Assembly: GCF_018977255.1 (NCBI RefSeq)
Contig: NW_024704742.1
Span: 16,680,001 to 16,744,000, forward strand
Length of the DNA: 64,000 bases
Direction: 5' to 3'
Source of the DNA: Callorhinchus milii
Taxonomy: Eukaryota
This document shows, piece after piece, positions 1 to 14,450 of this stretch. Under the pieces are notes generated by a model. The model was given only the letters and a program-made list of their open reading frames with translations, was not told where the DNA came from and did not search any database. The first letter of the stretch is position 1. Each line of letters starts with the position of its first letter. The translations under genes were made by a program, and so were the position numbers.

Positions 1-1219
1 ATGTAAATATTGTTCTATGCAACTCTTGTCTCAAATCCAATATATTACACCTGGCAGGTCTTGGCAATTGTGTCCTTTGAGACTGACAATGTAAAGCCCC
101 TTATTTTGTATCTGCCAGATTTCCTAGTGCCTTATATAACAGCTGCTTACATTTACTTTTGCGTAGTATCTGTGGTGTAATGTCTGTTGATCACTGTGAG
201 CAATTATATAGCTGAGGGGACCCTGCAGAAGAACATAGGCCTAGTCACAATTCAAACCAGATTTAGCAGACTTTCTAACTGTTATATTGGATTAGAATTA
301 AGTTAGGATTTATTGCCTTATTACTTCAATTGCAAAATCCCTGAAGTACCACAGCTTTATGTCCAAAGTGGATGTTTAGATAGATTTAAGTCTGTTGTTA
401 AATGTAATTTGTGTCTTGCAGAAAATAAAGCATGTAGTAATCTGTGTGGTTGCAGATATATTGCAGGATATGGTGATATACATCAAGACAGTCAGTTACA
501 ATCATTTTTGTGTTTGTAACAGTTTTCTCATAAGCAATACATCATTACAGCTATTATATCAAGTTTCCAAAGTTATGAAATCCCCTAACATTAGTTAGGT
601 ACAACAACAACAACAACAAGATTGCATTTATAGAGCGCCTTTCACGTCGGGAGGACGTCCCAAGGCGCTGGACAGTTGGTTCGGGACCCGAGCAGGGGGG
701 AAATGGTCAGGGTGAGGGAAAGAAGGGAGGGATTGAGGAGGGGTAGAGAGTTGAGAGGGGGGGGGTGAAGGCACGGTTGAAGAGAAATTGGGCTTTTTTG
801 GTACTTTTCCACAGAAGCTACCACTTAGATATAGCCTTTAAATGCAGCTAAAATAAGTGAAGGTAACTTGCTAATAGTGGAGAAACAATTACTGTATACT
901 AGAGAGAATCTATGCCTTTGCTTTGCCACTGAAAATATTCTATATCTGCTCCTGGGCAGCAGGTTATCCTCTATCATTTTTATTTCCATCAGGGACAAAT
1001 GCCTTGTAACTTTTCCTTCTACATCACAGGAAGATCTATCTGCTCAGTGAGCTTCTAGCAGTATATTCTCCATAGGAATGGTGCTTATTTAAAGAGTGTG
1101 TTGGAGTCTAATCCCTCACACCCCTGCAGTAGACAAATGAGAGATGGCTCAACGTTGGTTGATAAATTTATCAACTTTGCTGGGTGAACGTTTCTTATTC
1201 TCTGTTAGTTGGCAAATCT

Positions 1220-1735
1220 ATAACAACAGAATGACATTTGTAAAGCGCCTTTCAAGTCGGGAGGGCGTCCCAAAGCTCTGAACAGTCAGGGATCAGGACC
1301 CGAGCGTGGGGGCGCAGGGATGGGATGAGGGAAAGCAGAGAGGTAGGAGGGCGGCTGAAGGCACGGTCAAAAAGGAGGGTCTTGAGTCGTGCCTTGAAGT
1401 AGGCAAGGGAGGGAGCAATGCGAAGGGATTGAGGGATGGAGTTCCAAAGGATGGGACAGAGAGGTTGAAAGCCCAACCGACTTTGGTAGGGCTGGTTGGG
1501 TGGGAGACATGGAGCAGGCCGGAGCTTGCTGAACGGAGAGACAGACAAGTTGATACGGAGTTAGCAGGTCAGAGAGGTAGAAGGGGCCAAGGTGGTGGAG
1601 GGCTTTGAAAGTGAGGATGAGGATTTGAATTCTATCCTCTGAGAGATGCAGAACCAGCCGGGCAAGGGTGGGGGTGATGGGGTCACTGAGTCTAGTGTGG
1701 GAGACGACACAAGCTGCAGAGTTCTGGATAAGTTT
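1220..1735 (-). mobile_element. L2 3' fragment
   Basis: LWNSIPQSLR..FKARLKTLLFDRAF. Another L2 3' end lies at about 600-790. Confidence 0.85.
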
Positions 1736-2439
1736 ACCTGTATGAGATAACTTGTAGGTTACCTGTATAATGTCAGTTTTATTTGTCCTGTGGTTACCTT
1801 ACTGTTTATGGATAGAAATTGCTATGGTTAAAGCTAGCACTCACTCTTAATGGGAGGAAACATGTCTACAGTTTCATTTCTTCCCCATCTATAATACTGG
1901 TGATTCATGAGAAGGTATTTCTATTTTATTTTCTATTTATTTTGTGTGGAATAAGTTAAAAATAATAATAAGAAGAAGAATTTGGTCACTCAATGCACAA
2001 CTGTTTGTGAGACACTGCTGTGTGCAATTGGCTGCGGCATTTCACCCACAAAATATACTTCAATTCACTTTACAGTATATTACTGTGAAGAGCTTTGAGA
2101 CGTCATGAAGACGTGATAAGGTACTATATCAAATGCAAGGATTATTTTTGTTATAGAGTGCCTCATCTAACACCAGTCTGCCTCCTCCAAGAGCAGACTC
2201 AGCTCTCTAATACCAGACTGCTGCCTCTAATACCATACTGCCCCATGAGGTGGATATAAATTTAAAAGGTATTTTTAAAATTCCACATCAATGTAATCTT
2301 TAACAGCTGAAAACAGTAAGTTTGAGTAGGCAATCAGCATTCTTAACAGACTGATGCAAACCGAGGGTACCAATGCTTTTTTATTGCTAATTGTATAAAG
2401 AAACATTTCCTGGAGTAAAGAGAAGCTTCCTTGTGTTGA

Positions 2440-2516
2440 TTCCCATATCGGGAGTTGAACCCGGGCCTGAGTGAAAACCTCTAACTGGAATCCTCTAACT
2501 GCTGGATAATATGGGA
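2440..2516 (-). pseudogene. Degenerate tRNA-Glu(TTC) pseudogene
   Basis: Reverse strand reads TCCCATAT..tccagcagttag..GGATTCC..GGTTTTCACTCAGGCCCGGGTTCAACTCCCGATATGGGAA, which resembles vertebrate tRNA-Glu-TTC. It is disrupted by a 10-bp internal duplication. Confidence 0.7.
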
Positions 2517-3756
2517 AAACCACGATCAACCACAAAGCAAATGTATTCACTGAGCAGTTGGGGAATGTGATGGATCCGGTTCATAATGATTGTTGGTTGG
2601 AAAAAAAATGAACTGAATGATGTCTCTATTACAGTAACTTATTGGTCACAAGGAGACTTTGAGTCCTGACTTCCTTTGGATAACAAATGTGGGATACAGC
2701 TAAAACAGTATAATGTTTGACCATATAACCAATTTAAATCAAGTTACGAGTCCCTGAAGACTCATTTCCACTATCAAATTTGTATATGTCAACCAATTTA
2801 TAGAAACTGGAGGCCTGATCGATAGAAACCACTGCCTCCATTGATGCAATATCTAATCTCTGCCTGCACGCTTATGGATTGTCTTAATGCACTTTGTTTT
2901 CTAAAATAAAAGTGTTCATTCCAGTTCAGTTACTGGAAACAAGAAGCTAAAGGAGTTTGACCAAACTTTGTAAAATATGCTCTCACTTCAGGTTCAGCTC
3001 ATAACCTGATGAACCAGAGAAGCAGCTGTTTCATTGCATTAATGAGTTCTTAAATCTCTATAACCTGCCATTTGTAAGTTGTATTGACTCGTTTACTCTA
3101 TAGAACAATCTTATTGTGTTATATGCTTCATCCAACCACTATATCGACTACTAACTCTTTAGAAGCAGCCCCCTGGTATAGCACAACAATTAAAATCACC
3201 TTAGATGCAGTATGAATATGCTGCCAGCAGGGGTTAAACCTATGGCTTTGTGATTTTGTGAAACATGATAATGTGCATCGCTCCCTAAGGATCTGTAAAA
3301 TGTTTCATGTGGGTTGTAAGAATGCATAATCTAGTATTTCAAGAGAAATCTATACCACTATTTAGAACGATTCAGTTTAAGTCATGCCAGCTTCTGTTTG
3401 TTTACCTTAGTGGGAAGATAGCACATTAAAGGATAAAGAATGCCTAGGAGTACTATCAGTGCAAATTATTCCCCCACGTGCAAACATAAACTAACTGTAC
3501 TGGCAGAAGACAGCTTTGTTTTATTTATCATACTAATCCTTGCATTTGATATAGCGCCTTATCATGTCATTGAAGTGTTTCAAAGCACTTCACAAGAAGC
3601 ACTGGAGTGTTGTACCTGTGTACTTTGTTGGTGAAAGCAGCAACTAATTTACGCACGGCAATGTCCTGCAAACAGACAAGACGTAAATGACCAGTTTTAT
3701 CTGGGGGTTGTCAGCAAAGACACAATCCCCCATTTTTGATTTTTGATGAACTTGAT

Positions 3757-3835
3757 CAGTGTGGTCCAACTGGCGGCCCGTGCACTGCATCCGGCCCGGC
3801 AGGTGATTTAATCCGTCCCAAGACCATTTTTGACT
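3757..3835 (+). mobile_element. Possible hAT/Charlie-like DNA transposon end
   Basis: CAGTGTGGTCCAAC followed by ggcccg subterminal repeats. No partner end was found. Confidence 0.3.
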
Positions 3836-4054
3836 TCAGGACACTCGCTCCCTCCTTGTGGCTTCTCATGGCAGGAGCCAACAGTTGGAAGGACGCAGTG
3901 CGAGGAGTAGAAATAATGACCAGCCGTTACTGCAGACTGTCAGGAAACTGCTCTCGAGCTGAGGGGCTTCCTGACAGCCAAGCACGTGTCCTTATTCACC
4001 ACGTCCTTACCAACGCCAGCTCCTGCCGCTGCAGACAGTGACCCTCGTGGCTGA

Positions 4055-4245
4055 GTGAGATAAAGTCGAGAGGTAGGGAGGGAAGGAGAGAGATAGAAGG
4101 AGGGGAGGAGAGAGACAGAGAGAGTGACTTAGAGAGAGAGAATGTGTGAGGAGAGAGAGTCTGTGTGTGTGAGGAAAGAGACTGATTGAGAATGAGAGGG
4201 GAGAGAGAATCTGTGTGGTTGAGAGAGGGGAGAGTGAGTGGGAGT
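4055..4245. repeat. GA-rich low-complexity tract
   Basis: Degenerate (GA)n/(GAGT)n. Confidence 0.85.
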
Positions 4246-5769
4246 GTAATATACTAGATGGTTTGTATTGTACTACATTATTTGAGATGATTAGATATAA
4301 TTTTTGGTATACTGGATGATTTGTGGAGTAGTAGATGGATTGTGGAACAGTGGATGACTTGAACATTTTCTAATATTTTACGTTCATCAATTTTTTTAAA
4401 TGTAATCTTTAATTTTGAAGGTGCTTTTCTGCATGTTTATTTTAAGAATGATAGAAAACTGGCTTCAAAGTTAAAATTAAGTTTAACAATTTGCCAAATT
4501 GTGCACACTCCGAAATGCTATGTTAATAGTGTAAATCTAGACAAGTTCTGCCCAGATGGAATTTCTACCCCAACGATGGGCTAAATAAAGCCTTTCATTA
4601 ATACAATTCATTAAGAACTTCTGCGAACTTCAACTTTATCTTGAAAATTCACCTTTTGCAGCTTTCAGTAATGTGCAGTACTGAAGTGGACTTTTTTTTG
4701 GTTGGTTTCATGATGAAAATGATGAGCATTGAAAATCAACAGTAGAATCCTGATTTTTTGGGGTCTAAATGCAGAACTGTAGTTTGATCTCAAAGTCCTC
4801 CACCTAGTCTGTGCTTCGCCTTTTTAAACAAAACTACTTTATAACCATTTTCAATATTAAAACACAGCATACTCATTCCCTTTCCCTTGAGAGGCAGGAA
4901 ATGCATGGATGTGCTGCTTGGATTGAAATTATTTCACACTCAGTTAAATGTAGAGGCTGAGGAATGAAATTCAACTAATGTTCTAGTTCTTTTAATAAAG
5001 TCATAGGCACGATATTTCTCATGGTCTTAGCCTTAAGAGCATCAACATAAGATTTAAGACCGTGCAGCATGTTGGAAAATTCTTTCATTCGGTTTTAATT
5101 TGGAAGCCAGATTTTTACAGTGCCAGAAAAGATCCAGCAAATTAATAAGCCTGTCAGCTTTACATCTATAAAAGGAAAATCATTGAGATCTTTGGTAAAG
5201 GAAGCAGTTCATACACATTTTAATAGACAAGGTAATAACTTTAAACCAACATGGATTTATGAAAGGCTGAGTAAGTTTATTGGAAATATTTAAGGATGTA
5301 ACAGAGCTAGTAGAGGATGGTAATGTGGTGGATATTTTAGATGTTGATTTCAGCTGAACAAGAGATTTAAGGCTAAAGTGAAGGCTGTTGAGATAATTTT
5401 TAAAAAAAAGTTTCACCCACAAATGTACAGTCAATTAACTTTCCAGTATATTCTGTGAAGCGCCTTGAGATGTTTAGAAGACGTGAAAAGCGCTATATCA
5501 AATGCAAGGATAATAATAATCATAGTAATAATGAAGGAAGTAGTATATTGTATAATAAATCGGCTAAGTAAAAGGAAACCAAGGGTGTGATTGATGAGGT
5601 GGGACTGATTGGATAACTGTAACTGGCAGATTACCCCAGAGATAGCCCGTGGACATTTGTTTATTAGTTTTACAAATAATCATGAAGCAGAAGAATCACG
5701 ATGACAGATATTTGAAGGGCAGTACCTAAGTCTACCGACACTACTTATCATTTTGTGTGGGAAATATAA

Positions 5770-6868
5770 TAATCTTTGCATTTGGTATGGCATCTTTCAT
5801 ATTGCGAGAATATCTCAACCAAATACTTCAGAAGACTGTAAAGTGAAGTAACTGTGTGTTTGTAGGTAACCATGCCATCCCATTTGCATACAGTAATGTC
5901 TAACAAACAGTCAAGAAACAAATGACCAATTTTATTTGGGGACTGCTGGTAAGAACACTGGAGAAACTCCCTTCTTTATTTAAGCAGTGCCAAGCGAACT
6001 TTAACTTCACCTGAACAGCTAGGCAGTACCTCAGTTTAATGTATCAACAAGTCAATCAGGAACTTAGGTGTCTTGTTTGACCCTCAACTGTTCTTTCTCC
6101 CCCAATTCCGTGCTATGATCTGCTCTGTCTTCCTCCATCTCCACAACATTGCCCAACTCCACCACTGCCTCACCCTTCAGGCCGCCGAAACCTTCATACA
6201 TGCCTTTGTTACAATCAGGCTCGACTATGCCAAAGCCTTCCCAACTCTTCCCTCCACAAGCTGCAGATCATCCAGAACTCTGCAGCTTGTGTCCTCTGCT
6301 GCACCAGGCTCCGTGATCCCATCACACCCACCCTCGCAGGTTCAAAATTCTCATCCTCACCTTCAAGACCCTCCATGGCCTTGCCCCCCTCCTACCTCTC
6401 CAACCTGCTAACCCCTTATCAACTTGTCCGCTACCTACACTCAGCAGGCTCCGGCCTGTTCCATATCCCCTGCCAGGCCAGACCCACCATCGGCGGTCAG
6501 GCCATCAGCTCTCTGCTCCCACCCTCTGGAACTCCAGCCCACATTCCCTGTGGCTCGGAGGCACACTTCAAAAATCTCCTTTTCGACTGTGCATTCAGCC
6601 ACCCTCCTACCCTCTCTGCCCTCCACCCTCCCTGATTAACCCCCCACCCCGCTCAGGTCCTAATCTCTGACTGATCAGCGTCTTGGGATGTAATAGGTGC
6701 TTTACAAATGTAATTTTGTATTGTATCTTCTGAAGGACAGCACCTCCGGCAATGCAAACCCCCCACTTCCCCACAGCATGGCACTGGAGTGTCATCTTGA
6801 TGTGGGGTTTGAACCCATACCTTCTGATTCAGAGGTGAGAGTGCTGCCAGTTGAACCAGGCTGATACA
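5770..6868 (-). mobile_element. Deu-domain SINE split by an L2 fragment (about 6050-6722, +)
   Basis: The SINE halves (...cctcagtttaatgtatc and tgaaggacagcacctcc...) are contiguous in other copies. Confidence 0.65.
6050..6722 (+). mobile_element. L2-clade LINE 3' fragment
   Basis: RNLGVLFD...ETFIHAFVTIRLDY, followed by a C-rich 3' UTR and tail. Confidence 0.85.
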
Positions 6869-8134
6869 CAAGCACAATGTTTTGAAGAATTTTTGTTTTC
6901 TTTCAATCAGCTGGGTGTCTCACTCAAACAAAAACCATGCTTAACAGAATCCAAATCAGACTTGATAGTTCCACATATGTATGCTACCTACACATGGAAA
7001 TTTCAATGTGAATGGAATGGAATGTGTGCTCTCTCGCTGGATGGATGTACCATGCTTCTTTAATACTGGAGAGTATTGGGCCCAAGTTGGCAAGGCCTAA
7101 ACAAGTCTTGGAGATGTATGATGGTGTACTGCTGGAGTTTAACCAGTCAAACCACATGGTTCGCCAATGTCTGGCAAGCTTCCCATCAAACTAAACAAAA
7201 TAAATAAAAATAAACTAATAATAATAATTTGGTCACTCAATCCACAGCTGTTTGTGGGACACTCCTGTGCCAAATTGGCTGCCACATTTCACCCACAAAA
7301 TATAAAGTTGAATACACAAAATATTCTGTGAAGTGCTTCACAGGCGTGATAAGGCACTATATTCAATGCTAGGATTATTATTATTTCCACTTACCATTCT
7401 CCTTCTCCAAGACCTGCCAATGAGCAAGGTTGACTGGTCTGTTTTAAAGGGAAGCTTCAAAATCAAAAGATCAAAACACGATTTAAAACTCGATCACATA
7501 AGTCACTAATAGGATTTCACAAACAAATAGAATTTATTAACCAAACATGTAGAATGTTAAAAGCAGAAAAAGATGATTACAAATTTAAGGATATATTAAA
7601 TGAATTAAAGATTAAATTTTTTTTTGCATTGGATTCCTAATTTAATTGGGTTATTCATCTACTTTGTAGAATGCTTATTGAACTTATGCTTATTTTCTTT
7701 GGTGTACACTTAACGCGCTTACTCACCATTACTGTTTTAAAAGCATTTCATTTTTTCTCAACTGTGATGACTTTCAGCAACATTCAGCAACAAGGAAGTT
7801 ACCCCCAGATAAAATTAGTCATTCATTTTATGGCCATTGTGGGATATTGCTGTGCACAAATTGGCTTTCACGTTCACCTACAAAATACATAATCACTACA
7901 CTTCGCAGTAATTCCTGTGAAGTGCTTTGAGACATTCTCCTGATGTGAAAGGCCCTTCATCAAATGCAAAGATTATTGTTCCCTAGTTAAATGTATTTTA
8001 ATACTTCTTTCATTTCTTTGAAGTTTACTATTTTGCTACTGATTCCGCCCTTGTTTGTCTGTCCCTCGCTGGTGCTCACTCATTAGTTTTCTCTTCCTCC
8101 TCATGCTCAATAACACTTTCAGTTTTAATATTGA

Positions 8135-8500
8135 TAATATATAATCCTTGCATTTGATATAGCACCTCATCACGTTAGCAGAATAGCTCAAAGTGCTTCA
8201 CAGTATATACTGTAAAGTGAGTTGACTGTATTTTGTGAGCAAAATGCTGCACCCAACTGCACACAGCAGTGACCCACAAACAATTGCACTCGTTCTAAGT
8301 AGTGAGTGAACACATTTTTTTTTGAGCGGATTATTACCCCCGGAAAAACAATCTGCCAATCAACTAATGACAGAGATCCTACTTACTGCCAGGTAAGCAG
8401 GGCTGTGTGGAGTAAGGAAATTGCCTAACATTTCGCCCTGCTGGGAATCGAATCCAGGTCCTTAGGAGGAAGTGCTTTAACCAACAAAGCTACAGGATAT
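8135..8500 (-). mobile_element. tRNA-derived SINE, long variant, diverged
   Basis: Tail at 8135 and head with B and A boxes near 8440-8497. Confidence 0.75.
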
Positions 8501-11084
8501 TTTCTCTGCATAACAAAAGCAATGTATAATTTATTGTAACGCAATTCAACCACCAGACTTGATTTAGAACTGCAGTGGAGAGTTGAAAGAAAAGAACGGA
8601 AAATTTGAATGAAAATTAATGAAATGAAACCCGTTTCTTCTTGGTATTTAATGAAGGCAGCCCCGGAGTGGAGTTCAGTTCTGGGAATCTCATACGTGCA
8701 AGCATAAAGGAAGAAATATAGCAATTAAAGATGGGGGTAGTACTGGTGTTGACAACTTTGATGCAGAATTATTGAATGTTGGAGGTGAACCTGCGGTCAA
8801 ATAACTTTACAATGCTTGTTTATTTTTTTTAGACAAATGAGTCTCCAGTAGATGACTGAACGGTTGGGAATAATGGCTCCATTGTTTAAGAAAGGCGAAC
8901 ACTTTAATTGAAAGGACTATAGTCACGTAGTGCTCCTTTCTGATCTGAGAAAAGTGTTATGTCAGGTTGTATTAAATTGTTTGCAAGTAGCCATGAATGA
9001 TATATTATGAGAAAATAAGCAACATTTCATAGCAAATTACTCATTTACACAATATCTTGCTGTCAATTGTTAATATTCTACCCATTGTAATTTTATCAAC
9101 CTTTAACATTGCTCGTTCATCACTCTGGAATCTTAGAATAATCCTTGCATTCAGTATAGAACCTTTAACATCAAGAGGATGTCTCATAATGCTTCACAGG
9201 AATTATTGTAAAGTGTCGCGATTGTAGCAAACCTGTCTGCCAATTTGTGCACAGGAATGTTCCACAAGAGCTATAAATTGAACGACCGATTTTATCTGGG
9301 GGGCTGTTGACCTTAATACCAGGAGAAACTTCCTCCTCTTTCTAACTAGTGCTATGGGCCATGGACTTTAGTTTAACATCTCATCCAAAGGACAGCACCT
9401 CCGACATTGCAGTGCTTCCCCAATCCTACGCTCTGAAGTATCAGCGTAGATGAGAGTCTCTGCTATCTGAGACTGTGATACCAATTGAGTCAGGCTGACA
9501 TACAATCTGCTGCATTAAATGAATACATGGTTCCTTATTTGTTCAAATAATTGAGAAAGTTATTTTTAATGGGAGATATTCAGATGATAGCAAAAAGCAA
9601 ACCCTATGTTGTGTGGTTATGTAGACAATTGGATGATCCTGTATGCATACATATCGATGTGAATATGCTGTATGGATAAATACTGTTTTTACATTCATAT
9701 TCTAGCCTTTACAATTCATTAAAGAGTGGAAGAACAGTAAAGAATGTTACACACCTATTTGTGAATGAAAAATTAGGAAATTCACTGCACTTTTCACAAT
9801 ATTGAATTTAATTCCACTGACATATCAAAAAAAAAAGATATTTTAGTTGCGCTAAGGGGAAAAAAATTGTTGACTTTTCTTACTTCTAAATATGTTTTTT
9901 TTTAAATGAACTTCAAAGTGAAGCGCTTTAAGGCATACCTGCAACGTGAAATCCACTAATATGAATGTAAGCTTTTGTTCTTGTGCAAAATGACTATGAG
10001 GTAAAAACAAATTGACATTCCAGCAACAGGATTCTATATTTCAGACCATCCATGTTAGTCTACAAAAGTTGCAGGGAGAGTATCTCAGGAAGAATTACAT
10101 TAATTTTTTTATGCCACATTTCACCCACAAAATATACAGTCAATTCACTTTACGAAATATTCTGTGAAGCGTTTTGAGATGTCTAGAAAACGTAATAAGG
10201 TGCTATATCAAATGCAAGGATTATTTTTAGTATTATTTTCTTGGATATGGGGAGGCCTATTTTGTGAGAGCTGAAGTAGAATAATTGCCTGTGAGGGTCA
10301 AAATTCCACCTAATCTTAGCCCATTAGACCATTTATTGTTCTTAAAATGTAAGGTGGTGCAGAAAAAAGGGCCAGCTTCTAAATTAAGATTGAATTTAAG
10401 AATTTTCCATAATTTAGATAATCCTTCATTTCAATATTTTACAGACTGAGTAACAGTAGATGGAATTACAAACCAGGTTACAAAGGGCAGCATAAGTGAA
10501 GTGCATCAGGTGTCTGGCCTCCAATGTGACAGCCATTTATATAATTGGGTTGAACTTTGTGGTTCATGGAATACCTATCACATCAAAAGGAATGGAAACT
10601 GGAGATCCCCACCTCCGCAAATGCAGTTCTTAATGGTGAGGTCTGATCAGTCAGCCTGTGTTGGATTTCCAGTGTTGACGGGCTTTTTGAGTGTTTGGGT
10701 TTGTTCAAAGGCAGTTTTCTGCAGTCGAAGCTAAATGTTCAAAATTGCAGATACAGCTTCTCAGACTTCATCAGTGGGTGGAGGGCGGGAGAGGGGCAGT
10801 GGGGAGAGGGCAGGAAGAGAAGCTATCTGCCTCCATGCTGTTCAGTTCGAAATGTCATTGCAAATTTGATCTCGGTATCTCCAAGCAGGAGTTAAGACTA
10901 GGTGCTGTTCACATCTGGTATGTATTTATCACCTCATGTCTGCCTTTGGCTTTTTTTTCTGTTTGATTACTTTCACTTTCAGTGTTACTCTTAGATGCTA
11001 GAATCCTTTTAGCCTCTCAGGGAAGGAGTCCTTCATTTTATTTAAATTGGTACACGTTCTAAAATCAAACCAGGTGTATAACTA

Positions 11085-11410
11085 GTGTTAGCCTGGCACT
11101 CTTTCATCTGAGCCAGAAGGTTATGGATTCAAATTCCATTTTTTGGGGTCTTTGAATTGACAGTCCAGGCTGATACTCCAGTGCAGTGCTGCATTGTCAG
11201 ATGTGCCGTCCTTCAGAATTAGATGTTAAACCAAGGTCTGGCCTGCTTGTTCCAGTGAATGTTAAAGATCCCATGGTACTATTGAAAAGAGGAGGGAGTT
11301 TCTCCCGGCGTCCTTACCAAAAATCCTCCATATAAAATTGGTCACTCACTTCATGACTGTTTGTAGAACATTGCTGCATGCAAATTAGCTGCCTAATTTG
11401 CCTATAAATA
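11085..11410 (+). mobile_element. Deu-domain SINE (SacSINE1/AmnSINE1-like)
   Basis: actccagtgcagtgctgcattgtcagatgtgccgtccttcag...gatgttaaaccaagg...taaagatcccatgg...gagggagtttctccc is the Deu-domain pattern. Confidence 0.75.
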
Positions 11411-12519
11411 CATGTCGCTACACTTTATAGTAGACCCTGTGCAACAAGATTCCATTTATAGAACGCCTTTCATGTCGGGAGGACATCCCAAGGCGCTGAT
11501 AGGTGTCTGAATCTCTTAGTTGCCCATTGGGTTGGGATTTTTTTGTAGTTGCTGTAGAGGAGAAAACTGCAGAACTAAGTGGAGCATGCAAATAGCCAAT
11601 CTGTCTTAAACTTAAAACATGCTGCAATGCCCATCCTAAAGGTGCCCTAGGTTGCAAGGTGTTGGAGCAGAACATGCACAAATCATTTTGCTGCTGCTAC
11701 ACTTGGTATAATGCTATGTTTGACAGTAACCAACATTTGTAAATTGCGTACCATGCATGAGGAAAGAAAAATGGGGCTTTTATTTCTTAATGTAAAACTT
11801 CAAATGTATGGGCCATAAATGTTATCAATGTATTCCATTGATACGAGTCATTAAGCAAATTATTAACTTCACAGATTGATGAAGTGATTATTTAAAAAAT
11901 CTTTTGGTTGTATGCTAGACTTTAACATCACACTGGTATATAGTTTGTTTATGATGGACTCTCTCATCCTTGCGTTCTGCCTTCATTAATGAAATACAAT
12001 TATTAAAGCCCAGTATCACTTGCTGCTGAAGGGGTCTCAGCACTGACATCAGCCATTTGTTTGATTTATATTTCCACAAACACTGAGAATTGAGAGAATC
12101 AAGAAACTGCTTATAAGAAGTACAGTATATTAATATTATTAGAAGTTCACTTCCTCAAATTGCTCCTGAAATGTTCTGGGATGCTCCCCCCGGTGAGGGA
12201 CGCAATATAAACACAAGTTATTGTTGCTGTTATTGAAATTGAGATTTGAGAATTGAAGTGTCTTCATTTTCAAAAAATTGGTGCTTCCAGTTAATTATTT
12301 AAAATATTTTTCCTATTTGAATATGCTCCTCGTCTCCAACCTCCTTTTAATAGGATGCAATTCCACGGGCAATGGTTCCCATCCATCCAGGATCTCCCCC
12401 CCCCCCACGTTCATGTGCACACGTTGGCTGCCACATTCATCTACACTTACCCAGTCACTACATTTTATAGTACATCCCATAAAGCACTTTGAGATGTCCT
12501 TCTGATGTAAAGATATTAA

Positions 12520-12890
12520 TAACAATTTGCATTTATATAGCGCGCCTCACGCACGGTAGCATCCCGGAGTGCTTGACAGTGGCAGACCACGACACCGAGG
12601 CGGAGGGAGGGGGAGGTGACCGTAGGCACTGTCGAATAGCATGGTCTTCAGGTGCGACCTGAGAAAGGGGAAGGATGGGACAAGACGAAGGGATAGAGGA
12701 AGAGTGATCCAGAGTTTCGGGGCATAGTGGCTGAAAGCACAGCCACCAGTGGTGGAAAGGGCATGAGGGACATGCAGAAGGCTAGAAAGAGCGGGTTGTG
12801 GTTTGGGGGTTAAGCAGGTCGGAGAGGTAGGGAGGTGCCAGAACATGAACGGATTTCAAAACAAGTGTGAGGATCTTGAAATCAATCTGT
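12520..12890 (-). mobile_element. L2 3' fragment
   Basis: GGCAFSHYAPKLW...LKTMLFDSAY, followed by the tail. Confidence 0.8.
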
Positions 12891-13214
12891 GAAATCAAAT
12901 GTTAGAATCGTTATATTTTTATACCATCGGGTCTGTGAAATTTCTCTTGGTTTTAGTTTAAAGATTGTTGCCTTAAATTAAGGATCGTGTGGAATTTTTA
13001 AATATTTTTCATCTGAGTCTGAAAGCCAATTTTCCACAGGTCTTTTTAAGAATTGCTGTCAAAATCCAAATGAATTTCACTGATCTGTGGCTTGTTAGGG
13101 TGTCAAAGTATGAGTAATTGGAATGAAATTCTTCCTGAAAGCTGCATTGTGGACTATTCACTCCTTCTATAGTGTCAGAAAGTTACCACAAACCAATCAA
13201 TCTTTAGTTTATAA

Positions 13215-13660
13215 TTTTTTGAGGTCAGCCCAAATGTCTGACACATGCAGAAAGCCACCAAACAAAGAATTCCATGCATTCCACCTACACATGGAAATTT
13301 TAGAGATATGTATTGGAATGAACTCTCTCCCTGGAGGGATGCATCCTGCTTACCAAATTCAGGAGTATTATGTACAGGATGGCAAGACTGTAGGCTTGAG
13401 GACCCCATAATGTGTGTTGGGGTACAGCTGGAGTCTAACCAGCTAAAACCGCATACCTTACCGTTGAAAGTACTGTCTGGTAAATTATCCTGCTGCTTGT
13501 CCAACTAGTACAACTCTACCAGTTAAAGCTTTGGCTTGCAATGTTAAGAGGAGCTGAGTGGAAGAATCTCTACTCCCAGGACTGGTCTGTCCTTCCAGTC
13601 CTGCTATTGAGCCAGGCTGTCTGTGCCCTGGAGTACTGCAGACCCATCTAGCTCAATAAC
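13215..13660 (+). repeat. Unclassified interspersed repeat (family X)
   Basis: Shares ggtcagcc..tgtctga..cagaaa..catggaaatt..ctctccc.ggagggatgcat..accagctaaaacc with copies at about 6925-7190, 43708-44700 (interrupted) and 49345-49890. Confidence 0.75.
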
Positions 13661-14044
13661 TGAATTATAAAATGGCCACATTGCTTGAATCTGACAATTA
13701 CCTAATAAATTAATTTAATTTATTAAATTAATGACAATGAAATTAGTTTAATTGATTATGATTCAATAAATTCAAATTCTGAAGTGCTGCAGACCGTTAC
13801 AGAGGAATTAGTATTCTTAATGTTACAATTTGTTTACTCTTTTGATGTTTAATTTTTGAGTTAAAGTTCTAAGGACTTAATGGCTGAAGTGGGACATTGC
13901 TGCGTGGAAATTGTCTGCCACGTTTGCCTACAGAATACAGTCACTGCATTTGGCAGTAAATCCTGCGAAGCATTTTGAAACATCTTCCTGACATAACAGC
14001 TTCTATGTCAAATTCTAGGATTATTAATTTTATATAACTACCAC

Positions 14045-14450
14045 CACCAACAACTTGAATTTATATAGCACCTTTCACATAGGGTAATGTCTTGGAGCAT
14101 TTACAAAGACAGACTTGAACAGCCAGCAAGGGAGAGGAGGGAAATGGGAGATGGGCTTAAACACAGTCAAGAGATAAGAAGAGAAGGGCTGTGACAGAGT
14201 GATAAAGGCACAGAATCTACAGGCTCAGCCACCGATCCAGGATGAGAGACACGCAGCAAGCTTGAGTTTCCCAAGTAGTGATTGGCGAGCAGGGACCATT
14301 GATCTGCTGCGAGACAGGAAACCAATGGAGCTTGGTGAGAACTGGGGTAACGTGCGTCCAGAGTTTGGTATGGGTGAGGAAGTGGGTAAGTTGGAAGCTA
14401 TAGGTGGTGGAACTAGGGAGACCAGCAAGGAGACGACTGAACTGAAGGGT
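14045..14450 (-). mobile_element. L2 3' fragment, internally deleted
   Basis: HVTPVLTKLHWFPV, followed by the L2 tail. Confidence 0.75.
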
